Source of the DNA: Lama guanicoe
Taxonomy: Eukaryota
DNA length: 35,347 nt
Direction: 5' to 3'
NCBI GenBank assembly: GCA_013239625.1
Contig: MU054098.1
Location: 3,039,104 to 3,074,450 of the forward strand
Shown here: piece after piece, positions 1 through 12,859 of the stretch
Position numbering within the stretch: the stretch's first letter is position 1
Layout: each line of letters begins with the position of its first letter
Made by a program: the position numbers and the translations under genes
The notes under the pieces: model-generated
Told to the model about the DNA's origin: nothing
What the model saw: the letters and a program-made list of their open reading frames with translations, nothing else
Database searches by the model: none

Positions 1-1417
1 CATGTAATGATTACTCAGAGCTCAAGAATTTTTCCTGCCATAGTGCAAAAGCAAAAGAGCTATGTAGTTGCTGTTAAATGCTGATCCCAGAATAGTTTGA
101 GAAACTTTAAAGTCCCTTTCCATAGTCTTAGCTGCTGTCTTAAGATAAATCTAATTATAACATGGCACTGAAATATAGTTTGTAGCTTACAGATTCCTAG
201 AACTTAGAGCTGGAAGGGACCTTAAACCAAATATCTAGCCAGTACAGAAAAATCTTTTTTATGGTATTTCAACACCTGGTCATCCACATCTTCCTGACTC
301 TTTTCACTGGAAGGGAGTTCACCATTAAGGCAGTCCATTCCACTGTCAGACAACTCTAATTATGAGACGTTCATTCTAACACTGGATTAAAGTATGTTCT
401 CTTTTGTTACTTTCAATGTCTTAGTTTGGCCAGCTGAACATATAGTGCAACATAAAAGAAATCAGTTCCTTCTTCTACAATAAACATTCGAGTTAAGGAA
501 CATTGTAAGAAAAGTCCAGTATCCTCCCATCTGTTCTGAAGGCTTCTCTGAGAGAAGTATTGTGGACCAAAGGACCATCAAAATTATGAGCAGAGTGCAG
601 TGTGTCCAAAGTCATATACTAAACAGCATTGTTAAATTGATACGAGGTTGCCAGAGAAGCAACATCCCTGCACAGCAAAAGTAGACTTATGACGTGAAAG
701 CAGACCAACCATTTATTTGCAAGGGTGGTTGGCATATTTGAGCATAATCCATTCACTAGTACCCTGTTACTTTAAACACAAGGAGTATAATAAATTTCCT
801 ATGTCGTTAGTGTATCTCTTCTTGAGACAGTATTTCTTGAAAAGCTCAGCTGGGAGCAAATCACACATAAGGATTTAAACAAGGCAGTGTACATCATTAT
901 ACTTTTGCATTCCTAATCATTATAACCTCTTTATAATTCAAGCTTAGAACATCTTTGTTTGCATTATTATTTTTATTGTAATACGGCTCAGAGTCTTATT
1001 TTTTTTCCCCTTGACAGACATGTCAGAAACTGCTTGGCAAGAGTTGATGGTGACATTTGTTAGTTGATAAATGGAACGCTTTAAGGGATAGCTGTAGCTC
1101 TTTAACTCCTTCATGCGGCTGGTTTCTAAGTTTAAACTGTGATTTGAAAAATATTTAAATCTCTCAGGACTAAAGCTTTCTGAAGTGTCCCGATACACAC
1201 AAGAAGGAAATAGCAGAAATCACGCAAAATACACTTGGCTTGATAAAGCTTTTTTTTTTTTTAAATCTCTCTACAACTTCAATTTGAAAGGCTCTGATTC
1301 ACCATCATAACCTTATCTCGCACCTTTTTGTATGTGTGTGCTCTCTTAGAGGGGCACAGTTATTCTTATGCTACTGACTGACCAATTTGGGGCACACTTT
1401 GAAAAGGCTTCCTACTT
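1..1417 (-). other. RAB9B: RAB9B 3'UTR (probably continues past window start)
   Basis: Directly downstream of the TAA stop. Minus-strand AATAAA hexamers at 972-977 and 712-717 are possible but unproven poly(A) signals. Confidence 0.6.
190..480 (-). mobile_element. L3/CR1 LINE 3' end relic
   Basis: ttagagctggaagggacctta ... ggtcatcc ... gggagttcacca..aggcagtccattcca...acaactctaatt matches the reverse complement of the L3 3' end as recalled. Confidence 0.65.
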
Positions 1418-2023
1418 TTAACAGCATGAAGATCCTGATTTGGAGCCACTGTTCAAGTCAATAGTGTGACCTAACATGCAATGCTCCAGCTGTTCCTCTA
1501 CAGCCAACACCTGCCTGACCGCTTCTTCAAAGGCCACTGTCACGTTAGTATCATCTTTGGCACTTGTTTCTAGGTAAGGGTAATCTCCATTCTCCATGCA
1601 CCAGGCCTGCGCCTCCTCAGTAGTCACTTGCCTATCCTCTTTGTCTACCTTGTTACCCAGAACTACAAAGGGGAAGTGCTCAGGGTCTTTCACATCTGCG
1701 TAGTAGATGAATTCTTTCTGCCAATTACCAAGGTTCTCAAAGCTCTGCCGGTCATCCACGCTGAAGGTCAAGAGGCAGCAGTCTGCTCCCCTGTAGAAGG
1801 GTGTCCTAAGGCTCTTGAAACGTTCCTGCCCTGCAGTGTCCCAGATCTGGAGAGTTACAAAACGTCCATCTACCTCCAGATCTCGATTTAAGAACTCTAC
1901 CCCTATGGTGTGAAAAGCCTGAGAGTCAAATTTATTGGTTACATAACGGTTCATGAGTGAGCTTTTCCCAACTCCACCATCACCCAAGAGAATGACCTTT
2001 AAGAGCAGGGATTTCCCACTCAT
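1418..2023 (-). CDS. RAB9B: Ras-related protein Rab-9B (201 aa), single coding exon
   Basis: ATG at 2023-2021 (MSGKSLLLKVILLGDGGVGKSS...). G-boxes GDGGVGKS, WDTAGQE, NKVD, ETSAK; Rab9 effector loop FHTIGVEF; C-terminal SSCC prenylation motif. The upstream 35 codons of the listed 236-aa ORF are intron/5'UTR. Confidence 0.97.
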   Translation of the reverse strand: MSGKSLLLKVILLGDGGVGKSSLMNRYVTNKFDSQAFHTIGVEFLNRDLEVDGRFVTLQIWDTAGQERFKSLRTPFYRGADCCLLTFSVDDRQSFENLGNWQKEFIYYADVKDPEHFPFVVLGNKVDKEDRQVTTEEAQAWCMENGDYPYLETSAKDDTNVTVAFEEAVRQVLAVEEQLEHCMLGHTIDLNSGSKSGSSCC

Positions 2024-2090
2024 TGTTGCAGCACCAGATGGAAAGGAGTATATAACCAAGAGAGCCTGAAAATAAAAGAAAAAGTAGGAG
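2024..2090 (-). other. RAB9B: Splice acceptor and 42-nt 5'UTR part of the RAB9B coding exon
   Basis: Minus strand reads cttttcttttattttcAG|gctctc: polypyrimidine tract plus AG at 2067-2066; exon starts at 2065. Confidence 0.85.
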
Positions 2091-3194
2091 GGAAGACAGT
2101 TAAAATCTGAAACTGAAATCAACTGCATAGTAAATTTCTCTGAAATACGAGGCCTTCTAATTTAACTTCTCTTGATTCATGCTCATTAAATGATATAGTA
2201 TAGCAGAAGGAATAAAACTCTTTTTGCATAAGGGAGAAAATAGGTCTTGTTTTCCTGAAGTCTCTTTCTTGCCTGTGCCAGGAAGATGGCCGAATGCCAT
2301 GGATAAACGGACTAGCAGATGGTGCTGTAATCTGGTTCAGTTCTGATCCTATTCCAGGCGAGAAAGCCTAGAACAGGAATATTACTCAAATGTGTAACAT
2401 GTTAGCTTCCGGTTTGGACAGTTCCAAACAAGAGGCAAAAAGTATGAAGTTGGTTTCGGGTTTGAAGTCTGTTCCCGAGGGACTCAAGAATTATTGAGGA
2501 GAGAAAGCTGTGTATGCTGAAATCTTGATTCTGTTAATAGAGGTTTGGGTTAGAATTACAGTGGACCCCAGAACTGGGAAAAGAGAAAAGTATCAGGTTT
2601 CTTCAGGCATTTGCTCCATTATACTTGCACGGATATGGATACCCTCACAAGTAAAGGATTTTCCATAATCTTTTCTTCAGGGGAACAATGGCACTCAAGT
2701 TGATAACTGTTGACTGGTATCATTATAACGGCTATCATTGAGGAAGAAAATCTTGAATAAGCTTATTAATTTCTGGATTTAGTTTCTAATTCCATAGTAA
2801 CACCAATGAAAACATACCGTAAACTCTAAGAGCTAATAATTATACAGTATCCTTTTTGTTACCTCCACAACGTGTCTATAGGTGGAACAACTAGGATGCA
2901 GGTTAAAATAAAAAGATCAAATGTTTACTGAACAACTACCGTGTACTAGACTCTGTTAGGTACTTTTACACTAGCTTTGTGGGAACTCAACAATGATGAT
3001 GTTTATTGGGTGTTATTTATGCAAGTGACTTAAATTGATGAAAACTAATCACTAATCAAAAGAGCACATGCAAAAGAGCTTCTGGAGGCACACACATTTG
3101 AAATGTAGATAAAAAAACCTCAGTAGTTCTTAAAGTTATGTTGCTGTGCATGTATACTAACTATATGTTTTTCTAAATATTTATTTTTCATTTT

Positions 3195-3372
3195 AGCATT
3201 TTTTTATTTTTAATATTTATTTTTTAATTAAGATATAGTCAGTTTACAATGTTCTGTTAGTTTCTGGTGTACAGCATAGTGATTCAGTTATATAGAGATA
3301 TATTTTCCTTTTCATATTCTTTTTCATTATAGGCTATTACAAGATATTGAATATGGTTCCCTGTGCTATACA
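3195..3372 (-). mobile_element. Short L1 3'-end fragment (artiodactyl/camelid type)
   Basis: T-rich tail then tatagtcagtttacaatgtt...acaagatattgaatatggttccctgtgctataca; same sequence family as the L1 ends at 15951 and 20880. Confidence 0.85.
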
Positions 3373-3414
3373 TTTTTCAGAGATCAAATAAAAACATATA
3401 AAATATATACCTAC

Positions 3415-3505
3415 CCAGAAGAAAATAAAATATAAACCCAGTTGGGTCTTTGTCACAATCTTAAGTCTTTTTCTTGTTGTTGTTATATTCTTTCTTTTTA
3501 GGATT
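3415..3505 (-). other. Candidate non-coding internal (5'UTR) exon of RAB9B
   Basis: Minus strand: acceptor tctgtttttcAG (3507-3506) and donor TGG|GTAGGT (3414-3409) bracket 91 nt. No transcript evidence available. Confidence 0.4.
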
Positions 3506-4949
3506 CTGAAAAACAGATTGTGAAACATTAGTTTTTAAAATTTATAATAAAATAAAGGCTATAGATACAAATATGATCAAGTCAGGGAAAAAAAAACAGA
3601 CAAACCTCAACTTACCTACAGAAGATGCTTTTCATGAATATTCTTAAAAAGAGTTCAAATGCTACAAACACTTAACATGGACAAAATAATTTTATTGCAT
3701 GAATTTTAACTTGTCTTAACTTGAGTGTACTTTATATGATTTTTAAAGTTTTATATTGTCTCGTCATTGAACTTGCCATTCAAAGTAAAAGTAAATCAAA
3801 GAAAGTAGCGACATTCACATTAGGTGATACTCAGGAAAGGGAAAGCACAGAGGAGTCTAAGATATGCTGAAATCCTAAGTCAGAGATGAAACGCCTTTCC
3901 TTTATATCTACCAATGTTTCCATCTACAAGAAAGTTATTAACGCACTCCCCAATCTGCCTTGAGGTTGTCTCTGCAACTGATTCCACAAGATCAGGGAAG
4001 AAAAAGATATGTTTGGGGATTCCTTGTTTACAATATATAATCTTGGCTAATTATTTTACTCATTAATTTCAGTCATCTGTCTTAAACACAGGTTTTAGTA
4101 TTTAGCTGGCTTTATTAAATTCAAACACATCTTCATTTAAAATTATATTTAATTATGGCAAGTGTCTTATTTAAGAAGCATCAAGAGTACTGGTCTAAAA
4201 AGAAAAACAGTTCCTCGATTTGTTGAGTAGTCTTTCTTACTGAGGAATAAAGAAGCTTTCAAGAAATCTCTGCTGCTTAACAGTCTCATGTTATTTTAGT
4301 CAAATATAGATAAAGCCTATACTAAGGGATTCATTAGAGAGCTAAATCAGTAGGTATGAATTTAAATAATGTCTTCTAAATTGATAGGCTTTATCCTTCT
4401 TCTTGGTGTATATCTATTCTAAAAAATTCTCAAGTTTTCTACAATTCCTGATTTTTGTCCTTTTTCCCTGCTCTCAAATTGCTGTCTTTGGAAGCAGCTC
4501 AAGTAACAAACATTTCTTTAAATGGAGACGAAACAAGTGTTAGCACACTTCTTTTTTATACTGGTCTTTAGGATAATTTTACAGAGGAGAACTTTTCAGC
4601 TCTCACTTGAAGGAAGTACAAACTTGGGCATAATACTCATAGTACTAAAGGCCCATGCCAAATGAGCTTCCTTAAGGTCCTAGCAAACAGGTGTTCACAT
4701 CATTAAATGACTCACTAACTCTACTTTCCCGGCTGTTGTGGATAAACTCAAATGACGGGTCAAGGACTGAGTGAATATGGAAACCAAATACTCAGCTCCA
4801 GGAATAATGATGAAGTATTAATAACTATCTGAGATAATGCTGCAGTTGCTTGTGCATTCCCTATTTAGTCGTGTGCGCACATAACTTCTGGGTGCATAGG
4901 CTCTAAACTAGGGAAAGAGGAGGAAAAGCAATGCGATTCAGGGTCAGTC

Positions 4950-5150
4950 AAGTGTACTGGGCAGGCAGCAATCAGGAGACAAAGGTCTTCATCACTGCTT
5001 TCCCATTCATTTATTTTATGAACTTGGGCAGGTCGCTTAATCTTGCTGTCTTTCTTCCTATATAAAAATAGAGCTGATAACACCTGCCCCACTTAACACA
5101 CAAGACTTGGGGGGAAATGAATAACTTATGAAGTCTGCAAAGATTTGTAA
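4950..5150 (+). mobile_element. MIR SINE
   Basis: tcaggagac...tgaacttgggcaggtcgcttaatct...tataaaaatagagctgataacacct resembles the MIR core. Confidence 0.65.
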
Positions 5151-5351
5151 GCATTTACTGAAATTTTTGGTTTGAAATTTTTGTTCCTCTTGCTCCTCCA
5201 TCTCCTTTTACTCACTGGTGGGGGTCTTGTGATTCATATTAACCCTTCTCAGAAAGGGCCTGCCAGTGGGAGGATAACAATTCTTCCTTCCCTCTTTCTT
5301 CCATATCTGAGAAGCCCTTGTTCCCCAACAATTTTGAGCATCTGCATATAC

Positions 5352-5410
5352 CACAGAATCTTAGTGCTGGAGGGACCTTAAGGGTCTTCTAGTCCAATCC
5401 TGCAACTGAT
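5352..5410 (-). mobile_element. L3/MIR-type 3' tail fragment
   Basis: cacagaatcttagtgctggagggaccttaagggtcttctagtccaa. Confidence 0.5.
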
Positions 5411-5894
5411 GCTTGAGAAAACACCTGAGTGCCTATTATGTGCTTACTAAGGTGACCCTCCACTATCCTCTGCTGCTTCCAACTCCCATTTGTTTGTCAG
5501 AGGTAGAAATGAATACAGTTTGGGCTTGGCTCCTTGCCTTCAGTCACTAAATCCTGGTGATTTTTCCTTGGAATATCCTTTTCCAGTCTTCTGCTAATAT
5601 TTGAACTTTGGTCCACATCTCCTTGCATCTAATCTGTTGTGAAAGCTTCCCTGCTCTTCTCTCCCTGCCTCTGGTTTCTCCCTACCTAATCTACTTTGCA
5701 AAGCTTCGTCACTTCAGCACCCACTGGGTGTAGACATTGTTGGAAATCTTATGTGTTTAAGGCAAGGTCTTACCTTCAGGGAGTTTACAAATTAACATAT
5801 AAGTTTCAGATCTCATAGTTTATAGTTGAAATAGTATCATTATGCTGTCTTATTTTGTTAACAAAATCTTTTTTTTTTCCTGCACAAATAGGTC

Positions 5895-6015
5895 TTTCCC
5901 ACACAACCAAATTCTAAATTCCTGGGTCACAAGGCACTTGTTTGTGTATGTCTTTGAAGTCCCCTCAAGCAGCACCAGAGTCCTCTATATGGATAGTCAG
6001 TAAACATTTGTTTAT
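5895..6015 (+). mobile_element. L2 3' end fragment
   Basis: Ends tcagtaaacatttgtt, typical of a decayed L2 terminus. Confidence 0.4.
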
Positions 6016-7859
6016 TAATTAGGTAAGTACCCGGAACTAACGCCTCTGAACTGATGCAAAGGTACAACAGATTCCCAGTTCTGTAAGCTATCCAAATACT
6101 ATTATTTATAAGGTGACTAAAGAGCAGAAGTTATGGACTTATCTGGATCACTTTCTAGATGGGACTTAACAGGAATTCCACCTGTTGAAACTTATTGGAA
6201 ATGCTCCAGTTTCCCTCCCCTTCCCTTCACATTAAAAAAATAAATATATAAATTTCTCCATTCCTGCCCAAAACAAGAGCAGAATAATTATGTCCACTTT
6301 GTTTTCAGTGGGTGCTGGTATCCCCATCCTCTTCCTCCTCCTCCTCCTCACCATTTGAGTGTGATATCCTTTAGTACATAATTAAATTAAAAAGTACTAG
6401 CACAGTATAAAAGCAAATCAAACAACTTTTTCTCCTCCAGAATATGCCAAATTTAAATCAAATCTTAAAAGAAGATAGCATTAAGTAGGCAAAGGAATTC
6501 TTTGCTAACCCTAAGTACATTTATTAGGAAAGTCAAATCCCTTACACATTCCTTAAGGGTCCCATATCAAGGTAGGATTTGGACTAAAATGTTTATTCTG
6601 ATCTTGGTCCTATTCAGAGAAAGATCTGGCTTTAAATGACTTAAATATCCCAGACATGCAGTTCCCTTTTCCTACTCCATTTCCCCCAGATTAACAAACA
6701 TTCTCTAAGGACAGTTTATTCACTTTTTTCCCCAATTAGGGTCTAAGTCTTGAATAGTAAGATGACTTAGAAATTCACATAACTGGTAGCTTTCTTTATT
6801 CTTTGATACACTTGAAACCTTCTAAATCTGCTGTGTCTGCACCCACACAGGCTTATTAAAATTATTGTATTTAGTTGGGGATGCTTGGGGGTGGGGATGG
6901 AGGCGAGGGAGGAGGCAGGACAATGGTAAGAAAGAGCCTGAACCTTTGAAAATAGTACATTTTAGTGTGCTGATGGAGAGAAATACAGAAAAGCAAATTG
7001 GCAACATCAGTTCAGTTGCCATGGGTAGAATGATGCTCAGATCCATAGTGCAAGATGGTATGGGAGCAAGTTTTGAGAGGGATGTGTACTGCATGGCTGA
7101 AGGTGGGGGAGGAGAAACAGGGGAGGGCTAGGCAGTGAGTGAGAGTGGCAATCCGCACAGGAGAGAAGCTATAGTTAGAGCTGTGGGGAAAGCCCATCTT
7201 GTGGTGACACACCAGTCGAGACTATTCAACTCACTGTTGATTCCTGGCACAATATTTGGAAATATTTCACTGGAGAATTGGGTGGGGCTTTCTTTACTAT
7301 ACGTAAAAATCAATACAAATAAGAAATGATTGGATCTTTGAGACTCTCTGCCTTAAATGGTGTAGGTTGTTTCCAGTACAACTTGATGCTTGGGGCTGGG
7401 GAGGGGGGTGAGCGGGTTCTGTGGCGAGGAAGCCCTCTGACGCACTGGATTCAATTTGTAGAGCTAACAAGTTATCACCTAAGTCCATTGAGTCCAAATG
7501 CCACAGCTGTCATGCCACTGAAGAGCTATTCCTACATTTATGCCCATATTTATATCCGACATGCAACTAGAAGGGTCCAATGTGGACTTTCATCTCTAAC
7601 CCTTCACTCCTCACAATGACAGCTCTGGGGATATGAGCTTGAAGGCACACTGGATAGCAATTTGGCACTGTCCCCAGGCCACTTCTTCCTAAGTAGACTG
7701 CCTGGGACAAATAGGAAAGCTTTGAGTGACATTAACTGAGCAGGGTAGAGGAAAAAGAAGCTTTCTTAGGAGGCCGGGAATGCTGGCATCTTTACAACAG
7801 GGGTACCGTTAGCATGGGGGATCCAGAAAGTGAGATGCCACGCAGAGTTCCAACTACCT

Positions 7860-8570
7860 CGGACCCGGGTCGGCTCACCTCATCCCCAGCTCTGAGAACC
7901 AGCAGCCGTGGCGCATGCGCACTGAGCCACACCCGCTCCCCACGGAGCCCTGCGCCTCTCTGCCGGGCTTTGGCAGCCGCTCGGGATTACTCAGCAACGC
8001 CCCCCTCCACCGTCACCCACCCCCCAACTCCGGTCCCCGCGGCGTCGAGGTCCATTTGCCCAGGTACAAGTGCCTCTAGGGATCCCCTAGACCTCCCTTC
8101 CTCCCTCTGTCCCCAGGCCCCCCACCTCCCGGCCTCCTGCGTCCTCCGGCCGCTAAGCCCCCGTCGCTGCCCACGCACCGGCACCTTACCCAACACAATG
8201 GGAGAGAGGCGGGAGAGGGCCGCGGGGGCCAGGCCGGTCGGCTCTGCGTGCCGGCAGTCCGGCTCCTCGGCGACACCGTCAGCGCTCCTGCCTCCTCCTC
8301 GTCCTCCACGGGGCGGCAAGTGCAGCTTGGACCTCGGTGGCCTGACAGCTGCTGCTCGCGCCCGCCGCTGCCGCCGCGCAGCGTCTCGCGCCCGCGCCCG
8401 CCAGGGGAGGGGGCGGGGCCCGCGCCGCCTCCTGCTGCCCCTTTCTCGGCGCGGAGGACCCGGGTAGCCGCCTCCCGCCCTCGCGCGTCGAGAGCGCTCC
8501 CTGGCTCGCTCACACTTCTTCCACGCTCAGTGTCCAACCCTGGTCTCCCTTGTCTCCTCCCCTCCCCTCG
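7860..8570. promoter_or_regulatory. CpG island / RAB9B promoter
   Basis: Very GC- and CpG-rich. GC box GGGGCGGGG at 8410-8418; no TATA box seen; lies ~6 kb upstream of the RAB9B coding exon. Confidence 0.9.
8190..8400 (-). other. RAB9B: RAB9B non-coding exon 1 (TSS approximate)
   Basis: Minus-strand donor TTGG|GTAAGG at 8190/8189 inside the CpG island. Confidence 0.7.
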
Positions 8571-9229
8571 CAGATTAGTAGGCACAGCGACAATGGCTCG
8601 TCAACAATTGCTCTCCCACTTAGCATCTCCGCAGCCCGGAGCCACAGCCTCATTTCCGGCAATTATCCTTCGACCTACCTCATTTACCCTACCTCCAAAC
8701 CCTCTGCTTTTGCGAAGAGGATAGCACAGACACCCTCTTGATTAAAATAACTCAGGGAAATACATGATCACGACACAATACTAGGCCCTCTGGCTGGCTA
8801 CTGCTCATGAAATTCTCATTGTCATCCAAAAGGCAAGATTCACATCTGTAGCTCAGGCAGAGAAAACATGCTGCCCGTTACCCTTGCCGATTTCTGTCCT
8901 AGGGGGCCACACAGAGCATTACCTGAGATTCCCGGAAATGCTGCATAGAATGCAATGCTCCAATTGTGCCAAGCCACCCAGCCACTCCTTTTTGTCTCCT
9001 GTGGCCCTCTGTGATCTTTTTCCTGATCAAAGGAGGGTGGAGCTCCTGGGGTCATTTAGCCTGTACTTCATCCCCGTCAGGCCGATTCATCTCTGAAGAT
9101 TCCCCAATGTCTGATAACCCGTGCATATGTGGCACTGCCCCTCAATCCCCAGTTGTCCCCTCAGGGCCATTAGGCACTCTTCCTCAGCCTAGGCCTCTCT
9201 CTCCCTACCTCTTCCCAAGGCAACCACAC

Positions 9230-10605
9230 TGCCAGCCCCACAGGCCCCAGCTTAAACGTCACTTCCTCAGGGTAGTCTTTTTCAGTAACCCCAGAATAGA
9301 GAAAGTGCCCCCAATTTATTCTCTTGTAGCCTCCTGTAGCCTGCTCTTCTTTTCTTTGTAATACTTATCAGTTTATGATGAGATCTAAATTTTTTAAATT
9401 AAAACAATTTTTATTGTAGTTGATGTACAAGGTTATATAAGTTATAGGTGTACACTGTAGTGAGTCACAATTTTAAAGGTTAAACTCCATTTATAGTTAT
9501 TATAAAATATTGGCAAAGTATTTTCTGTGTTGTACAATATATCCTTGTAACTTATTTATTTTATATATAGTAGTTTGTACCTCTTAATCCCCTACCCTTA
9601 TCTTGCCCCTCCCCATTTCCCTTTCCCCTCTAGTAACCACTAATTTGTTTTCTCAGTGTCTGTTTTTTTAATTACATTCACTAGTTTATTTTTTAGATTC
9701 CACATATAAATGGTACCATACTATATTTGCCTAACTTATTTCACTTAGCATAATGCCCTCCAAGTCCATCCATGTTGTTGCAAATGGCAAATTTTCATTT
9801 TTTATGGCTGAGTAGTATTCCTCTGTGTGTGTGTGTGCGCACGCACGCACGCCACATCTTCTTTATCCATTCATCTGTTGATGAACACTTAGGTTGTTTC
9901 CATATCTTGGCAATCATAAATAACTGCTATGAACATTGAGGTGCATGTGTCTTTTCCAACTAGTGGGTTTTTTAAGATATATACCCCCAAGTGGAATTGC
10001 TGGGTCATGTGGTAGTTCTATTTTTAGTTTTTTGAGAAACCTCCATACTGTCTTCCACAGTGGCTACACCAGTTTACTTCCCCACCAACAGTGTATGAGG
10101 GTTCTCTTTTCTCTATATCCTCGCCAACATTTGTTATTTTGTTCTTTTTGATAATAGCCATTCTGACAGGTGTGAGGTGATATCTCATACCTTGTGGTTT
10201 TAATTTGCATTTCTCTGATGATTAACAATGCTGAGCATCTTTTCGCGTGCCTATTGGCCATCTGCATGTCCTCTTTGGAAAAATGTCTATTCAGATCTTC
10301 TGCCCATTTTTTAATTGGGTTGTTTGTCTTTTTGAGTTGTATGAGCTATTTATATATTTTGGATATTAACCCCTTATCAGTCATATCATTTGCAAATACT
10401 TTCTCCCATTCAGTAGGTTGTCTTTATGATGAGATATTTAAATCCATGAGTATTTGCTTGATAGCTGTCTTCCTCCACTAAACTATACTGCACTATAAAG
10501 TCAAGGCTTGTGACTGTTTAGATTCAACATCATATCCTCAGAGCCTAGGGCAATGCTTATTACATGGGACATGCTCAGAAAATATTTGTTGAATATGAAT
10601 GAATG
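9230..10605 (+). mobile_element. L2 3' region, split by an L1 insertion
   Basis: cttaaacgtcacttcctcagg... on the left; ...gctcagaaaatatttgttgaatatgaatgaatg terminus on the right. Confidence 0.7.
9385..10422 (-). mobile_element. 5'-truncated L1 (ORF2 end + 3'UTR) with 13-bp TSD
   Basis: TSD tttatgatgagat at 9372-9384 and 10423-10435; ORF2 C-terminal remnants ([22 protein letters not shown]). Confidence 0.92.
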
Positions 10606-12339
10606 TTGTTTCATCAGCAATTATGGTTATTTAAAAACAAAATAAATGGATCTAACTGAATCCCTTGTGCTCCTACTTAAACCAGTCCCGCTCCCCAACA
10701 CAAAGACACTGAAACACTCTTTTGATGGAGAAGAAAAGCACATAATTCTTTAAGGACTATGTTTTTACTCACACATTCTTATCTGTAATAAAAAAACTTT
10801 CGAGCATGGGGCCCAATATATGTATATGCATTTATAGATTTTATACATGTACTACTGTGCATATAAACTTTATATATAAGTTATAATACATATACAGTAA
10901 AAATGCTCCAACATAGAAATTTTAAAAGAATGATGAAAAACCAAATTATGTTGATGTTCCAATGTTTTCGTTCTGCACTCGGTTGAACTGTTTTGTGAAC
11001 TACTCAAAATAGCAGTCCTTCATATTAGTCTCTCATCTTTACATGAATCTGGATTCTTTCATCTTTTCCTTAGATGCTATTTTCCAAAAGCTTAGTCATC
11101 TTTGAGAATCCCCCCAAACCTACTTGAAGTTTTAAGGGCCTTTTAATTTCTAGGCTCAGAGGCTCAGTTCTGTAGTCAGAAATTCTTAACTGCTGAAGGC
11201 ATTATGTATTTGCAGAAGGTTGGAACCTTTAGGGGTAAGCAAAATCCTATGTTAGCTCGAAGATTCCGAAGCAAATTCTATATTAAAAGAGTCTGTAAGG
11301 CCACTTGAAAAGCAATTACCATCCACATAGAATAGAAGCAACATGACTACGGCTGGTAATGAGAGAACAACTCAAAGTTTCAAACCAACAGCTGTAGGTT
11401 TTGTGGCTCTCAGACTGGACTGTTCCAAATGATCCATCATTGAGGTCTGTCAAACCATGCCCTCCATTAATAATGCTCCCATGGATAATGAAATAATATA
11501 ATCCTATCTTTGTAACAATCACACCCACACCCAAGCTCCCACACACACCCTCACACCTCTAACTCCCACTATTTTGGTACTAGTTCTGACCTCAGAGATG
11601 GCAGATAGGTTTTGAGGAAGTCTCTCTTAATTTAAGGAAAAATGAAATCAGAAATATAAGTTTTTCCTTTGAAGATGGTGAGTAGCTTCTAAAAACAGTT
11701 TGCTTGTCAACAAGAATGCAGATTAAAAGAAAAAAGTTCAAAGCAAATATGATGTTCAGCATCTCTGTGCAAGAAGTCATTGTTCACTAAAATACCCAAC
11801 TTTCCCTTTTAAAAGAAGAATTTTCCTAAGGCTGAAAGACTAAATATTTCTTTTGAGATCGTTACAGATCTGTTGTTGTCACAAATGCTGCAAAACGTTG
11901 CTCAGATGAACGTGTATATCATAATATGATGGTTTCTGTAATGTTTTGAAAATTGAGTTGGCTAGTGTAAAACATCCAAAGTAAGCTTACTCAACTTTTC
12001 TTAAAGAAAGCATTGTGTTCTAAGCCTATGAAAGATCAGTTTATATTAATTGTAATGTTAAGTTAGGTTAAAGTGTCATCTTCCTATGGCCTTAAAGGAA
12101 GAATGGTCATCTTAAGTTTCATATATAGCATAAACTTTATTTGCTTAATCAATATCTTTGACAATTTCACCTCATTTGCCAATTTAGATCATTTGAAATT
12201 TACTGCTTATATCACAATGGGAAAATGTGATGTCTGCAGCAGGGACAGGACTGGGATGGTGGCCATCTGCACAATGTGCTAGTCAGTGCAATCCCTCCTC
12301 AACGTAACAAGCCTCTAACTATCTGGATTGATTTCATAC

Positions 12340-12725
12340 ACCTTTTAAATCTCCTTTTCCTCATGTTAAGTATGTGCAAGTCTTTTCATCAGTCTTCCTG
12401 TGGACCTGGCTTTTAGATCTTTCAATCTCTTGGCCTCATCAAACACCCACAACTCTGTCACTGTTACTCAAGAAATATAGTGACTAGATATGAAGTACAC
12501 ATATGCTTTGACTAGATTTATAATATCAACAATCATTTCTGAAAATGGTTACCTCTTTTGCTCTATCAGTGCTTATTATATTTCATTTCTGGCCATTTCT
12601 CCCATTTGTCAGAGTCACAAAAAATTCTTACTATGTATTCTAAGATGCTAGTCTCATCTCCCAATTTGGCTCCATTTACAAATTTTGTGAGCATGTTCTT
12701 GATTCCATAATTCAGGCAATTAATT
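12340..12725 (-). mobile_element. L3/CR1 ORF2 relic
   Basis: ctcccaatttggctccatttacaaattttgtgagcatg resembles the reverse complement of the CR1 RT FADDTKLG region; upstream sequence is also collinear with L3. Confidence 0.5.
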
Positions 12726-12850
12726 CATCCATCTATTCAGCAAATATACATGCCTACTCTGTGTCTGGGCCTGCTCTAGAACCTAGGAGTCTAGTGATGA
12801 ACAAAAACAGACATAGCATCTGGTCTTATGAATGACAATCTAGCAGATGA
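12722..12850 (-). mobile_element. L2 3' end fragment
   Basis: ttcatccatctattcagcaaatat...gcctactctgtgtctgggcctgctctag. Confidence 0.6.
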
Positions 12851-12859
12851 AAATCTAAG

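Noticed and set aside
2024..2128. 35-aa N-terminal extension of RAB9B in the ORF track
   Set aside because: It runs through the polypyrimidine tract and acceptor at 2066; the true start is 2023.
6876..6912. G-rich putative G-quadruplex in the RAB9B intron
   Set aside because: Common motif with irregular tracts and no supporting context.
7814..8724. Overlapping 110-217-aa ORFs
   Set aside because: Low-complexity P/R/A/G translations expected from a stop-poor CpG island; no recognisable domain.
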